Shown piece after piece: positions 13,320 through 27,087 of a stretch of DNA of 64,000 nucleotides. The stretch is taken from positions 15,500,001-15,564,000 of the forward strand of contig OX597833.1 of assembly GCA_951406725.2 (NCBI GenBank). Reading direction: 5' to 3'. Each line of letters starts with the position of its first letter. The stretch's first letter is position 1. The position numbers and the translations under genes are program-made. The notes beneath the pieces were generated by a model. It did not search any database, was not told the origin of the DNA, and saw only the letters and a program-made list of their open reading frames with translations. The stretch is from Octopus vulgaris. Lineage: Eukaryota.

Positions 13320-15030
13320 ATGGAAGATCTATTAGCTACCATTGTACAGTTGCAAGAGCAACAACAAGGACAGAAAAAGGATGTGGAGGCGCAATGGCCC
13401 AGTGGTTAGGGCAGCGGACTCGCGGTCGGAGGATCGCTGTTTCGATTCCCAGACCGAGCGTTGTGTGTGTTTATTGAGCGAAAACACCTAAAGCTCTTCG
13501 AGTCTCCGGTAGGGGGTGGTGGCGACCCCTGTTGTACTCTTTCGCCCCAACTTTCTCTCACTCGTTCTTCCTGTTTCTTGTCCCCGACTTCCTACGCAAC
13601 CGCTGAGCCTGGATGCGCATTCATCCATCCGTCGATGCCCGCGGTGTCGGGGGTTGACCTGCTTCCGTTTCTGCGGGTCTTACGGATAACAAAGGACCAT
13701 GTTTCGGACTTCTCCCACTACAGGACGATGACCGCTTCGCTCAACAAACAAACAAACAGCAACAGGAATTGCAGAAGCAACTATTACAGCAACAACTACG
13801 ACATCAACAATTATTGGAAATATATTCGGAGAAGTCCCAAAATTATGTGAGTTCGTTTTCGCCAGACAGCGTCTCGAAATCGCTTAATGAATTCAGTTAT
13901 AACCCAGGGGAGGGTATGAATATTGCATCGTACTACAAAAGGTACGCGGAGATTTTAAAGCCAGATTGCAAATCATGGTGGAGCGAACAAAAAGTGAGTT
14001 TGTTATTGAGAAAATTAGCTCCCTTCCAGCATGAAGATTACTGTAATTTCTTAATGGCCAAAGAATCCAATCAAATTTGTTTTAAAGAAACAGCATTATT
14101 AATGTCTAATATATTCGGTGATAAACCTTCTCAATTTAACATTCGAATTGTGTCGAATGATGACTTTGTCACAAACGTAGGAATAGTCAACAGGATGCGG
14201 GGATGTTTTAAAGTTGAAGAACTTACACCTGAGAGGTTCAAGTGACTTAGTTTTGTACAAGGGCTTACAGTAAGCGTAGATACATAAATTCGGGCAAGAA
14301 TTATTTCTAAATTGGAACAAGCTAACCAAGAAGTAACCTTGCAGTCAGTAGCAGAAGAATACCAAAGAAAAATGGTAAACCTGAAACACGATGTAGAAGA
14401 CTTTTAAGTAAAAGATCCCTCAAAAATACAGATATGCCGATCAGCAAAGTACAACCAAAAAAGAGCGCCACGTCCTAATCCAGGTTATGGATATGGGGTG
14501 GTCCATAGATTTCAGAGTATGTCCTTTTAAAAATCAAAGATGTAATAGTTCCAAAAGGATTGTTCACAAGTGTTCATTTTGCAGAACAAAATTACGAAGG
14601 TCAAGTGTTAAAAATGCTAGGGTGTTGTTCTCAGTAGAAACGAAAGTCGACTCCCAAATAAGAAAACTCGAAGACGTAAAAATAAATGTAATACATATCA
14701 AACTTCAATTGGATACCTGAAGTGATATTTCTATGGTAAATATGGACACCTGGAATAAAATGGGGAATCTTATGTTAAAAAAAAACAAAAAAAAACAGCG
14801 AAATCTGCTCGTAGTGTAACGGGCAACAAATTACATTCCCTGAACTAATGTCACATTTCGAGCGAAAGCTTGCAAAGCGAAAATGAGCGTCGTTAAAAAT
14901 AAGGCCGATCTGTTAGGTACCTATTGGTTAGAATTATTCGATTTATGGGAACTCCCCGTAAAATCTCTTTTGTAAAAATATAAATTGTTGTCCCTCTAAA
15001 AATTATTCGTCTGAAGAGTTAAAGAGAATT
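13320..15030 (+). pseudogene. Decayed Ty3/Gypsy (K02A2.6-like) gag-protease, interrupted by a SINE
   Basis: MEDLLATIVQLQEQQQ start; FSYNP...YYKRY...KVSLLLRKL...IFG gag motifs; degenerate knuckle CPFKNQRC..HK...C; aspartic protease LQLDT*SDIS; stops and frameshifts; no RT seen. Confidence 0.85.
13384..13752 (+). mobile_element. SINE family B, tail type iii, inserted in the Gypsy gag
   Basis: Family B head and body, then a distinct tail ending in (aaac)n. Confidence 0.85.
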
Positions 15031-15167
15031 TTTTTTTAATTTTTCTGCAAACCGCGATCCTACGACCACGAATCCGCTGCGCTAACCACTGGGTCATTGC
15101 ACCTCCACCACAACTATAATTCTAAATTTAAAAACACATTTAAAGAATTGTAAAAGAAATTTAATAA

Positions 15168-15402
15168 CTATTTCTTTACTACCCACAAAGGGCTAAACAC
15201 AGAGGGGACAAACAAGGACAGAAAAACGGATTAAGACGATTATATCGGCCTCAGTGCGTAACTGGTACTTATTTAATCAACCCCGAAAGGATGAAAGGCA
15301 AAGTCGATCTCGGCGGAATTTGAACTCAGAACGTAGCGGCAGACGAAATACGGCTAAGCATTTCGCCCGGCGTGCTAACGATTCTGCCAGCTCGCCGCCT
15401 TA
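15168..15402 (-). mobile_element. SINE family C monomer with TSD
   Basis: Head plus one unit; flanked by aagaaattt(t)aataac. Confidence 0.88.
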
Positions 15403-16014
15403 AGAAATTTAATAACATGCAATAAGGTGAAACAAAGAATATTTTGTTCAAAGTTACTCCGGTGTTCAAACTAACCCCATTTCATGGAAATCAAACTATA
15501 TTGGATTTCTGCTATCAATGAGTCATCGTTTGCTACCCAAGCACTGTTGAAATATAATTTAATTAAATTATACTTGATCAAATTGATGCGGTATTTATTG
15601 TGTATGTCGTTGCTTGTCATTACCAGGATTTGATATTCTGCTGCCTTATTTTCCACCCAGATCTGAATTATTTTCAACAAAATCTACTTTTACTTCTTTT
15701 CGTCACATTAACCACCTGAACACTGTATTTTATATTTATTACTCTCCCTGTAGTAATAAACATATATCTGTTATGTTTTTGTTAAATTCTATTAGGTACA
15801 TACCTTGATTTAGTCTAACGATATGTTTGCATTTTAACAGTAAACATATTATTAACTTACTCAAATTACAGAAGCCTTATACTATACACCAAATTTTGTA
15901 TATGGTGTTTATTTGTATAAAATATATTATATTTCTATCCAGGATTTCAGATGAATTTTTCTGTTTCATTGTTTATTAGAGTTAATTTACTTCCCGTCTG
16001 CTACGGAAACAGCC

Positions 16015-16054
16015 ATACATATATATGCATACACACACACGCACACCCACCCCC

Positions 16055-16102
<48 letters not shown>

Positions 16103-16275
16103 AACACACTATATCTACATATATACATAAATATAAATATACATATATATAAAACTATATATATATATATGTATATATAGAGAGAGATACATACATACAC
16201 ATATATATATAAATGCACATATGCGAGTGTCTATGTACATATATATATATATATATATATATACAGAGATGTATA

Positions 16276-16320
<45 letters not shown>

Positions 16321-16443
16321 AAACACACACACGCACGCGAACACACATTAACACACACTTATAAATACATATATATATATATACATGTATATATACATAT
16401 ATATATACACATATATATATATACATATATATATTTATACACA

Positions 16444-16475
<32 letters not shown>

Positions 16476-16510
16476 CACACATATATATACATATATATAT
16501 ATATACATAC

Positions 16511-16571
<61 letters not shown>

Positions 16572-16612
16572 TACATATATATATACATATATACATGTAC
16601 TTACGTACGCGT
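16015..16612. repeat. Compound (TA)n/(CA)n/(TACA)n microsatellite
   Basis: Directly visible. Confidence 0.95.
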
Positions 16613-17797
16613 ATATTTATTAAACTAAATCGTTTCTCTTTCCTCTATTCGCATTCCTGTTTGTTCTACTCCTCTGTTTATTCAGGTATTCCTAAATAAT
16701 TAAACGTCTGTGTTTGATTTAATTCAATTATCTCTACCGATTTCTCTAGTCTAGTATGCTACTAATGGTGCTTATTAAATTTCCTCTTTCCAATATCGGG
16801 TCCTACCGCATTTTCTTAACCGAATTATTCTGAGCCTTTGATTGCCGAAACTATTAATTCTTGAATCAAATCGAAGTAGTCTATGTAACCACTTCAGTTC
16901 ACACATATACCAAATACGGCTACTTTGCTTTCCAATAACACTTATAAGAAGCCCGTATATGTTTGCTACAGGCGTTACAGCCAGAGAAAGGAGGTGGAGA
17001 TGCGAATTACATTACGATACTTTTCCTGTAAAAGAAATGAGATTCGATTTTATATTTCTCTCTTCTTTTCTTTGAAATCGTATCCAAATTCCAAAACTGG
17101 AACAATCTGATATTCCCTCAGGTTCTCTGTGCGGTAAGCTGGTTTTGTTTCTTTTACAGTATTTCTTCAATTTTTGATTTTTAAATAGGTGATGCCTAGC
17201 CGATCGAATGAATAATAGGCATACCTAGCATGGATACAAGGTCGAGATTTTGTTGAGGTGTAGAGTTTTTATTGTTCACTAACCTTGAGAGCGTAACGCA
17301 ATCCCCTAATAGGGTCTCTCGAGATGTAAAATTTGAAGGATGGAAACCAAACTAATATGGACCGTCTTTTATTTCAGATCGAAATAGGTTTACGCAGGAC
17401 GAGCAGCCCTACATAGAAAGTAGCGGAAGCATAGATGACAATTAAAGAGAAAGATCTACGAGAGAAAGCAAGATTTTACAGAGCCAAGAGATGTGGAAAA
17501 ACATCGTGGATGGTCCACGCTTCATAAGGTGCAAAGGACCTAATTAAGTAGTGACTAGCACGGAAAATTTAAAGAGCATGATACTTTCGATGGAGTACCG
17601 AAAAGTAACTGGAAATTCCCTGTGGGACAAACCCGTTGTAGTTCAAGCTTTCACCGCTAGAGGCCACTTGATTCAACTCACAGGCGCTAGTCTGCCGACA
17701 GGCGCTAGTCTGCCGACAGGCGTCGCCTGTTGTGTTCATACTAACACTTGGTACGCCATTGTTTTGCAGTGATTCTTCTTGTCTGTCGGCTTTTGCG

Positions 17798-17930
17798 ATG
17801 GATGAAATGAAGGTAAAGTGTGTTTTCGTGAAATTCTGTTTTCTGTTGGGGAAAATGTCCACTGAAACAGTTCTCATGCATCAAACAGCTTACAAAGACA
17901 CTGCCACGAGCAAAACACAAGCTTACGAGA
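17798..17930 (+). pseudogene. Mariner transposase N-terminal HTH fragment
   Basis: MDEMKVKCVFVKFCFLLGKMSTETVLMHQTAYKDTATSKTQAYE resembles the mariner N-terminus (IKFCF.LGK...ET..M...AY....S..QVYEW). Confidence 0.75.
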
Positions 17931-17934
17931 TTCA

Positions 17935-18265
17935 CACACTGTGGGCCATGTCGACTTCCTTGTTTATGTGGATACTCCAACTTAAGTTATCGTCGACAGT
18001 CACACCCAGATCCCTAGCGGTGTTTGAAGCCGTGAGGTGTTCACCTGAAGGATGAATATGTGGTTGCTTAAGTGCAGCCCTCTTTACCAAAGTGGATTAA
18101 CTCAAGCTTGTTCTCGTTCAGTTGCATGTGTTTTTGCGATCATTGGATAACAGCAACTAGGCCCGACTGAAGATTTATCCGGTCTCCCATCCAGACGACA
18201 ACCTTCAGAAGCTTAGAGTCATGCGCGAAAATTTTTATACAACTGTATATAAAGACTCTGGCGGC
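17935..18265 (-). pseudogene. CR1/Jockey-group LINE reverse transcriptase fragment
   Basis: Minus translation gives IKIFAHDSK (FADD-like) and RDLGVTVDDNLSWSIHINK. Confidence 0.75.
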
Positions 18266-19827
18266 GTGCTGGCAGACTCGTTAGCGCACCGGGCGAAATG
18301 CTCAGCAGTATTCCGTCTGTCGTTACGTTCTGAGTTCAAATTCCCCATCTTTCTATCTGGCCTTCATTTCACTTTCACATTATAAAATCTGCAACAGCTC
18401 GAGTTTATATAAAAATTTTACATTCGTGATTACCTTTTAGGTAAAGGACACGAATTTGTAAAACATTATATGAAATTTTCCTTCTCGTATTCTTCGATAA
18501 TTTGATTCATACTTTATTGTGAATGCTCCAGAAATTTCTATACTAAGCAGTTTTTTAATATAATAATTTACTAGTACTGTTTAGATATGTAATGAGCAAA
18601 TTGAAAAGATCCGATGGTACGAGACGCCACATTTTATTTCCCATTCAATTCCCGTTATTAATGATAATTTAGTGTTGCCTGTACTACTAAAACTGCTAAA
18701 GCGTTACTAATTGTATCAAGTTTTGAAAGGAAAAAATGTTCAAGAAATAATTAGACTTGAACAATTTATTTTCAAATATTTTCTTCATAAATTGAATGTA
18801 ATAATATAATAAAAGATAAGTAGAGTAATTTGATAATTATACCTAATATACTGAAACTATATTTTCATGTTGTTGAATGATTGAAACGATCGTCGGATAT
18901 TTGACAGAAAGGGACTGTTGGTAGAACTGTTTGATATTAGATTGAAACACCTACTGGTTTCAGCAATACTATTGTTGCTGTATTTGTTGATGTATTGATT
19001 TAGTTCCAGTTAAATTCATCTCTTAAAAGCAACCGGGATGTATCTAATTATTTTAGTTCTTACTTATTGTCGGTGAGAGATTCGGATGAAAAAATTTAAT
19101 GATGGATTCATTGTTATTTCTTACATGTTGATTGAAAAGTAGCTTGCTATTCTAAAATACTAAACAATTATTTACTAATTGTAATTTTTTCTCAAACCTT
19201 ATACTAAAAGCTTTCCTCACATATAAACTTTTTGGTTAAAATTACAAATAATAAATTATTTAAAATTATTTTAAGATAAGGAATTACTTTTCAATCACCC
19301 TGTAGAGAATCCCTTCTATATAGGGATTATCTATAGATATAGGGATTATCAATAAATAATCCCGGATCTCAAATAGGGTAACAATATAAAACGTGGCTAT
19401 AACAAAGCTTTATACGCAGTATACGGTTTTGAAAGAGGAATACAAAAACTGATTAAACGAAGGATGCATTTGACCTAGATATATAACACAGATTTGTAAT
19501 ATAGATAAATTTGCAACAAACTATCAAAGCGTTTTTCCAATGCCAAAGTAACAATTCTAGAAATAAATGTAGCAATATTGATCGCTTGTCATTCAAATAT
19601 TCTTAGGGCAGACTATTTTACGAGATGCTATTAGCTAAAGAAATTCATCCAGCATCAATTGCAGCTGATTTAAAACTTGTAGTGTAAAATGCAGGATACA
19701 TAAAAAATGTCCACATTGACTGACAGAATAAATTGAAAATATATGATGTAGTCAAATCATTTTGATTTTGAACATATACTGATATTACTTGTGAAGTGTA
19801 TCTATGTATGTACATTAGATTTTTTGC

Positions 19828-19835
19828 AATAATAA

Positions 19836-19866
<31 letters not shown>

Positions 19867-19926
19867 AATAAAAATAAAAATAATAATAATAATAAAAATA
19901 ATAATAATAATAAAAATAATCATAAA

Positions 19927-19964
<38 letters not shown>

Positions 19965-20127
19965 CAATCATAAAAATAATAATAATAATAAAAATAATCA
20001 TAAAAATAATAATAATAATAAAAATAATCATAAAAATAATAATAATAATAAAAATAATCATAAAAATAATAATAATAATAATAAAAATAATCATAAAAAT
20101 AATAATAATAATAAAAATAATCATAAA

Positions 20128-20174
<47 letters not shown>

Positions 20175-20210
20175 TAATAATAATATTAATAATAATAATA
20201 ATAATAATAT
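19828..20210. repeat. (AAT)n microsatellite with ~24-bp higher-order unit
   Basis: Recurrent ataatcataaaaataataataata units. Confidence 0.95.
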
Positions 20211-21114
20211 GACAAAATAAAATTGGTTCTCTTTCATTTCAGGTTAATTCCTATTAGAAAATTCTGCTGAAATATTGCATTAAGGCAAGAACATTTTCTT
20301 GAGTTTTATCGAAATTAATAATAAAAAGCGTTTTGCTATTAATGTAGGCAGGTCCGTAAATTTTTGTGGCGTTAATAATTTTCCCTGCGCGATAATAAAA
20401 TTAGATAATCCAAAGTTGACTTTCGTAAACTTCCCATTCTGCTGAAGAATTTACCTTGTAACATTGACGATGTGTTCAATGAAACGTGCAACGTGTTCCA
20501 CATCAGCGCTGCGAAGAAAATATTTCATGGAATTAATCATATGAATTAATCAACAATTGTGAAGAAGTAATATAAATGATGAACCTTCAGGCGACACGAT
20601 GGTTAGTGAGAAGTAACTAAGTAAAAATAATTTTGCGCCAGAGGGAAGCATTAAATAGAAATTTTAAAATAAAATCTTCTACGTCGTGCATCACGATTTG
20701 CCTCTACGCACATAATGTAACCAGTTGTAACTAATTGACTATGTTTAACAGCTTCGAAGGATGTGCTTAAGGAATGTGAAAAACAAATGCGTGATTCTTC
20801 CAAAATAAATGGCGGATCACTATAGAATCACAGTAGAACAATTCAAGCTTGTATTATATATTCCGCCAAAATTTTCGCACCGTTATTTTCACAATCCCCA
20901 CACGTATTTACTACAACTAATTTGAAATATATAGGGATTGAACAATATAATCGAAAAGCCAATTCTTATTTAGATATTTCTGTTTTATTGGTTATATGAT
21001 TTAGTCAAAATTTTTCTAGTCTATATATATATATGTATATATTGATTTTATGCATTATATATGAATGAAATGTACTTGGTAAATTCTCTGATTTTCACTT
21101 TTCGTGTATGTATG

Positions 21115-21160
<46 letters not shown>

Positions 21161-21227
21161 TATATATATATTTAAAAAAGGAGATGTGGAACACGAGTTG
21201 TGATATATAAAAAAAGGAAATGAAGAA

Positions 21228-21413
21228 AATGCTGACAAAATAATTTAAGTAAGGGAGAGTGTATTTAATTAGGTGAAAGTTCTTTTCTTAAACAAAAAAA
21301 GAGAAAAATTGGGTTAGAATATTCCAACCCAATTTTTCTCTTTTTTTGTTTAAAAAAAGAACTTTCACCTAATTAAATACACTCTCCCTTACTTAAATTA
21401 TTTTGTCAGCATT
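21228..21413. repeat. 186-bp near-perfect spacerless palindrome
   Basis: Centre gaat|attc at 21320/21321; arms match with about 2 mismatches. Confidence 0.92.
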
Positions 21414-21421
21414 ATTCTTTG

Positions 21422-21528
21422 GAAGCCTAGTACTTAGTTTATCGGTCGCTTTTGCCTAACCGCTAAGTTACAGGGACGTAAACACACCAGCTTCGGTTGT
21501 CAAGCAATGTTCGGGGTGACAAACACAG

Positions 21529-21565
<37 letters not shown>

Positions 21566-21718
21566 CGACGGGCTTCTTTAAGTTTCCGTCTACCAAATCC
21601 ACTCACATGGCTTTGGACGGCCCGATGCAATAGTAGAAGACACTTGCCCAAGTTGCCACGCAATGGGACTGAACCTGGAACTATGTGGTTGGTAAGCAAG
21701 CTACTTACCACACAGCCA
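21422..21718 (-). mobile_element. SINE family A, 3' truncated
   Basis: Family A similarity; abuts the palindrome. Confidence 0.85.
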
Positions 21719-21850
21719 ATCTAAAATGCGTGGCATATGTGTATACACATGTACATCCTCAGATTTTATGATAATAATTATAAACATGGAAAGATGGGTG
21801 ACAAATGTTTGAGATCTGGGTAATGTGGTGGCAATGGTACAATGGAGCGA

Positions 21851-22225
21851 GGAGGCGCAATGGCCCAGTGGTTAGGGCAGCGGACTCGCGGTCATAGGAT
21901 CGCGGTTTCGATTCCCAGACCGGGCGTTGTGAGTGTTTATTGAGCGAAAACACCTAAGCTCCACGAGGCTCCGGCAGGGGATGGTGGTGATCCCTGCTGT
22001 ACTCTTTCACCACAACTTTCTCTCACTTCCTGTTTCTGTTGTACCTGTATTTCAAAGGGCCGGCCTTGTCACTCTCTGTGTCACGCTGAATATCCCCGAG
22101 AACTACGTTAAGGGTACACGTGTATGTGGAGTGCTCAGCCACTTACACGTTAATTTCACGAGCAGGCTGTTCTGTTGATTCGGATCAACCGGAACCCTCG
22201 TCGTCGTAACCGACGGAGTGCTTCC
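21851..22225 (+). mobile_element. SINE family B, tail type i
   Basis: Near-identical to 2049-2430; imperfect TSD acaat(g/a)gagc. Confidence 0.92.
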
Positions 22226-22443
22226 TTAAAACAATAGAGCAAAGCGGATAAGTGGACTTTCAAGAAGCATAATTTCATGCAGAATAAACTGCGTGTTTCT
22301 GAAGTTTTAGGTGGTAGTTTAGTCTGAGAACGTAGGTGGAATTTCAGATCATTTACAGTTCAAATAGAGATAATAAATTTGAATGATAACGTAAAAGTGA
22401 AATAAAAAATGCCATATATACGACAGAACAGATAAGGCATACC

Positions 22444-22861
22444 TATTTCTCTACTACCCACAAGGGGCTAAACACAGAGAGGACAAACAAGGACAGACAA
22501 ACGGATTAAGTCGATTATATCGACCTTCGTGCGTAACTGGTACTTATTTAATCGACCCCGAAAGTATGAAAGGCAAAGTCGACCTCGGCAGAATTTGAAC
22601 TCAGGACGTAGAGGCAGACGAAATACCTATTTCTTTACTACCCACAACAGGCTAAACACAGAGAGGACAAACAAGGACAGACAAACGGATTAAGTCGATT
22701 ATATTGACCCCAGTGCGTAACTGGTACTTATGTAATCGACCCCGAAAGTATGAAAGGCAAAGTCGACCTCGGCAGAATTTGTACTCAGGACGTAGCGGCA
22801 GACGAAATACCGCTAAGCATTTGGCCCGGTGCGCTAACGATTCCTGCCCGCTCGCCGCCTT
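22444..22861 (-). mobile_element. SINE family C dimer with 17-bp TSD
   Basis: Two ~185-bp units and one head; aacagataaggcatacc at 22427 and 22864. Confidence 0.92.
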
Positions 22862-23465
22862 AAAACAGATAAGGCATACCGAAGAAGTAAAGATATATAA
22901 AACTAGACTAGCGAAATATCTAGACAGTAACATTGAAGAAACGCTAAAAAAATGCATGTCGATCGAGGTGCTTACGGCCTTTTCAAAACGAAGAAAGAAT
23001 TCTGCGAGCCCAGGAACGGGTTCGAAGACATAAGGGAATGAAGAACCGTCTGACTGGTACGGGATGTGGAGGTAATGCTTACATGCAAAACCGGTGTTTG
23101 ATGGGCCTTGATTTTGTGCGAATTTTCACCGGCATTTCGCTTGGATGTTGAACCGGATCGCAAATGATTTTGAGATTTTTAATCGTAAACAAAAGCAATA
23201 CGCACTGGTTCACTTAGAAACGTATGAAGAAAGTTATATATCCTCAAACCGGAAACTTGGTTCGCATGCTTCTTAGAGATGAGACTTTACTATAAGAAGT
23301 CATGCGCTGATTGTGCCGCTGGAACTAGGCATCTTGTGTTTGCTTAACGATAAGAAGTCATGGCGTGAGATGAAGTATAACAAAGAGTATCAGATTAAAC
23401 ACCGTAACTTTTCAAGGCAACGTTCTTACAGCTCCACCAATCTATCGGTACCAATACCACTACCA

Positions 23466-23770
23466 GTGGAGGCACATGGCCTAGTGGTTACAGCAACGAA
23501 CTCGCGGTCGAGGGATCACGGGTTCGAATCTCAGACCGGGTGATGTGTGTGTTTATGAACCAAACACCTAAGCTCCATGCGCCTCCGGTAGAAGGTAATG
23601 GCGAACTTCTGCTGACTCTTTCGCCACAACTTTCTCTCACTCTTTCTTCCTGCATCCAGTAGCTCACCTGCGACGGACCGGCCTCCCGTCCAGGTGGGGA
23701 ACCTATACGCCAAGGAAACCGGAAAACCGCCCCTTATGAGCCCGGCATGGCTCGAGAAGGAACAAACAAC
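23466..23770 (+). mobile_element. SINE family B-related, tail type iv
   Basis: A box tggcctagtgg, B box ggttcgaatct; TSD caataccactac. Confidence 0.85.
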
Positions 23771-24124
23771 AATACCACTACTACCAACATCACCATCCCC
23801 TAAGCTGCCATAGCAGCCGCCACTATGGTTATTATCAGCAACCCCTGGGTATTCCTGTTTCGAGTGTCAAAATTCTATGGCGTACAGATGGTCAAGATCA
23901 GTACGTACGTCCTGATTGGGATGCTAAGTTCATCTCAGTGTTACAAATTTAGAGCTGACTAGGGGATGGAGCAACATGAAAAGAGGTCTTCTGCTCAAGA
24001 AAGCAATCTACCACCGAGTGCGGCAATCGAAACCACAACTTTGCGATCTTGAATGCAACACCCTAATCACAAACCCACTCATTTTCAATCTATCGCCAAG
24101 GTACTTATCAATTGATCTCGAACT

Positions 24125-24895
24125 GAGGCAGCGAGCTGGCAACTTAATACGTTTGTCTGTCCTTGTTTGTCCCCTCTGTGTTTAGCCCCTTGTGGGTAGT
24201 AAAGAAATAGGTATTCCGTCTGCCGCTACGTTCTGAGTTCATATTCCGCCGAGATCGACTTTGCCTTTCATCCTTTCGGGGTCGATAAATTAAGTACCAG
24301 TTACGCACTGGGGTTGATATAATCAACTTAATACGTTTGTCTGTCCTTGTTTGTCCCCTCTGTGTTTAGCCCCTTGTGGGTAGTAAAGAAATAGGTATTT
24401 CGTCTGCCGTTACATTCTGAGTTCATATTCCGCCGAGATCGACTTTGCCTTTCATCCTTTCGGGGTCGATAAATTAAGTACCAGTTACGCACTGGGGTCG
24501 ATGTGATCGACTTAATCCGTTTGTCTGTCCTTGTTTGCCGCCTCTATGTTTAACTCCTTGTGAGCAATAAAGAAATAAGAAACGTTAGCACGCCGGGCGA
24601 AATGCTTAGCGGTATTTCGTCTGCGTTACGTTGTGAGTTCAAATTCCGCCGAGGTCGACTTTGCCTTTCATCCTTTCGGGGTCGATAAATTAAGTACCAG
24701 TTACGCACTGGGGTCGATGTAATCGACTTAATACCTATGTCTGTCCTTGTTTGTCCTCTCTGTGTTTAGCCCCTTGTGGGTAATAAAGAAATAGAAATAG
24801 GTATTTCGTCTGCCGTTATGCTCTGAGTTCAAATTCCGTTTGTCGGTCCTTGTTTGTCCCCTCTGTGTTTAGCCCTTTGTGGGCAGTAAAACAAA
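24125..24895 (+). mobile_element. SINE family C tandem array (~4 units, rearranged)
   Basis: Repeated ctttcatcctttcggggtcgataaattaagtaccag units. Confidence 0.9.
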
Positions 24896-25498
24896 AGAAA
24901 AATTGATCTCGAACCGATAGACAAAGTTGCCCTCGGCGTGATTTGAACTCGCTGCGTAGAGATCAGAACAGATAGCACGAGATGTTTTATGTGACACTAA
25001 CTTTTTTTTTTTCTCAAATCCTCGTCTTACTTTATTTTTACAGCCGGCTGTCATTCCAGCTTCTGCTTCGTATTTGTTCGCTGAAGACATAAAACTCTTT
25101 TCCGTTTTGTTCGTGATTTGTAGTTATTTGCATTTGCTTTCCATCAATCTTTACAAGATAATTTTCTATTCATTCAGTAGATATTTTACAATAGTTTCTA
25201 ACTTGAATGAGGGCTCGACCTCCTTTTTTGTTGCGATATATACATAATCATTTTGTCAAATTTTCAATGGTTTATTCTAAATACTGCTATTATCCATCTT
25301 TGTTAGACTAACCTACAAGTTTTTTTCTTTTTACCATCCTGTTGAGAATATTATAGCGAATGCTTGTAGACAGATTGAGTATTGAATTTTATTACCGTAT
25401 CGTGTCTCATTCAGTGCTGCGGTACACATAAAGCGTTAAGAATATTCCTTCCTAAATTTGTCTTTCTCTTCTATGATATATATATATATACATTAATC

Positions 25499-25881
25499 GT
25501 GGAGGCGCAATGGCCCAGTGGTTAGGGCAGCGGACTCGCGGTCGTAGGATCGCGGTTTCGATTCCCAGACCGGGCGTTGTGAGTGTTTATTGAGCGAAAA
25601 CACCTAAAGCTTCACGAGGCTCCGACAGGGGATGGTGGTGATCCCTGCTGTACTCTTTCACCACAACTTTCTCTCACTCTTACTTCCTGTTTCTGTTGTA
25701 CCTGTATTTCAAAGGGCCGGCCTTGTCACTCTCTGTGTCACGCTGAATATCCCCGAGAACTACGTTAAGGGTACACGTGTCTGTGGAGTGCTCAGCCACT
25801 TACACGTTAATTTCACGAGCAGGCTGTTCCGTTGATCGGATCAACCGGAACCCTCGTCGTCGTAACCGACGGAGTGCTTCC
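25499..25881 (+). mobile_element. SINE family B, tail type i
   Basis: Near-identical to 2049-2430; TSD atatacatta. Confidence 0.92.
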
Positions 25882-26029
25882 AATATACATTATTCATTAC
25901 TTCCCAAATGTTTGAATGCCTGCTTTTGTTATTCTTTGATATCTCTTTTACTCTCTTTTACTTGTTTCAGTCATTTGACTGCGGCCTTGTTGGAGCACCG
26001 CTTTTAGTCGAGCAAATCGCCCCCATGAT

Positions 26030-26120
26030 GTTGTTCTTCTCACTTCGTCAAGGCCCAAGTCTCACATGCGTATAGCATTGCAGGAAAGACCGTGCTGCTG
26101 AAGAGATTGGCAATTCGTGT
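26030..26120 (-). pseudogene. RTE-clade LINE fragment
   Basis: Minus translation ANLFSSTVFPAMLYACETWALTK matches the RTE post-RT motif (V.P.LLYG.ETW). Confidence 0.7.
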
Positions 26121-27087
26121 CAATCTCTTACACCTCTTCGCTCTCTTACTACATAAATTCATAAGAAATTCGGCCATAGATGTGTGCGTGGGCAGCCTTG
26201 AATACGGAATAGTTAATTAAGAACTTCAACATTGTACTAGATAAAAAATATATTCAACATCAGCGGGCTTTGAACTAAAAGACGTGGAAAACGTTCCTCT
26301 AAGCATTTTTGTCAAGTACAGTAACGTTTCTGCCAGTTCGTTGCTTTTAAAATCATATCACGAAGCAAATCACAAGCAGTTTTATACGCAAAATAATGTT
26401 TGAAGTAAAAATGAAATAAACAGTTCATATATTCATAACGAAAGATAATAAGTGCACATGCAAATTAGTCAGCAATACGAATTTTTTAATGGCTTTCCAG
26501 GAAGCAAAGCTTTACATCTGAATAGCGATACTAACGGCTTCTGGAATAAGCTGCCAAACGTATTGTAGAAGCAGCGATGACCTGGGGCACTGGCTTTTAG
26601 ATAAAACGGGCTTATAAATGTAAAATATGCATGCGTTATATGTTTTTAATGTTCATTAAACTTATCAAAATTCCTTAATCGCATCATGAAAAATGCTTCT
26701 TTTTTTATCGTGTAAACTGTGCTGCTCGAAATAGCTGAATTATTAACACGTCAAGTATTTGTCGATAACTGAGCGGAATAACTGAAATGATGATTATTGT
26801 TATGGTAATCAGTATGTTTGGCTTAGTATAACTGAAAGAGAAGATTACTGGTTATGACACTGACCAGAATAAAGGAGTAATGAAGAGCAAACGCGATAAA
26901 TTATTCTTTCTTGTATAATGTCTCAGCGAACAGTCGGCCTTACCATCCGCTTATCATAAGAATGAATAATTCAGTCTTCTTTTATGCAAAACTAGATACG
27001 TCGACACAGGTTCAAATCTTGGAACAGCTTTGAAAAAGAAAACATATACCTGACAATATTTTTAAAGGAATAGATAGAGAGGTGGAT

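Noticed and set aside
19275-19305. Tc1/mariner-like TIR (tacagggtgattgaaaag on minus)
   Set aside because: No partner TIR or transposase remnant found nearby.
19645-20212. Poly-Ile membrane-like ORFs (also 34635-35178, and poly-Val at 30844-31257)
   Set aside because: Trinucleotide microsatellite translations.
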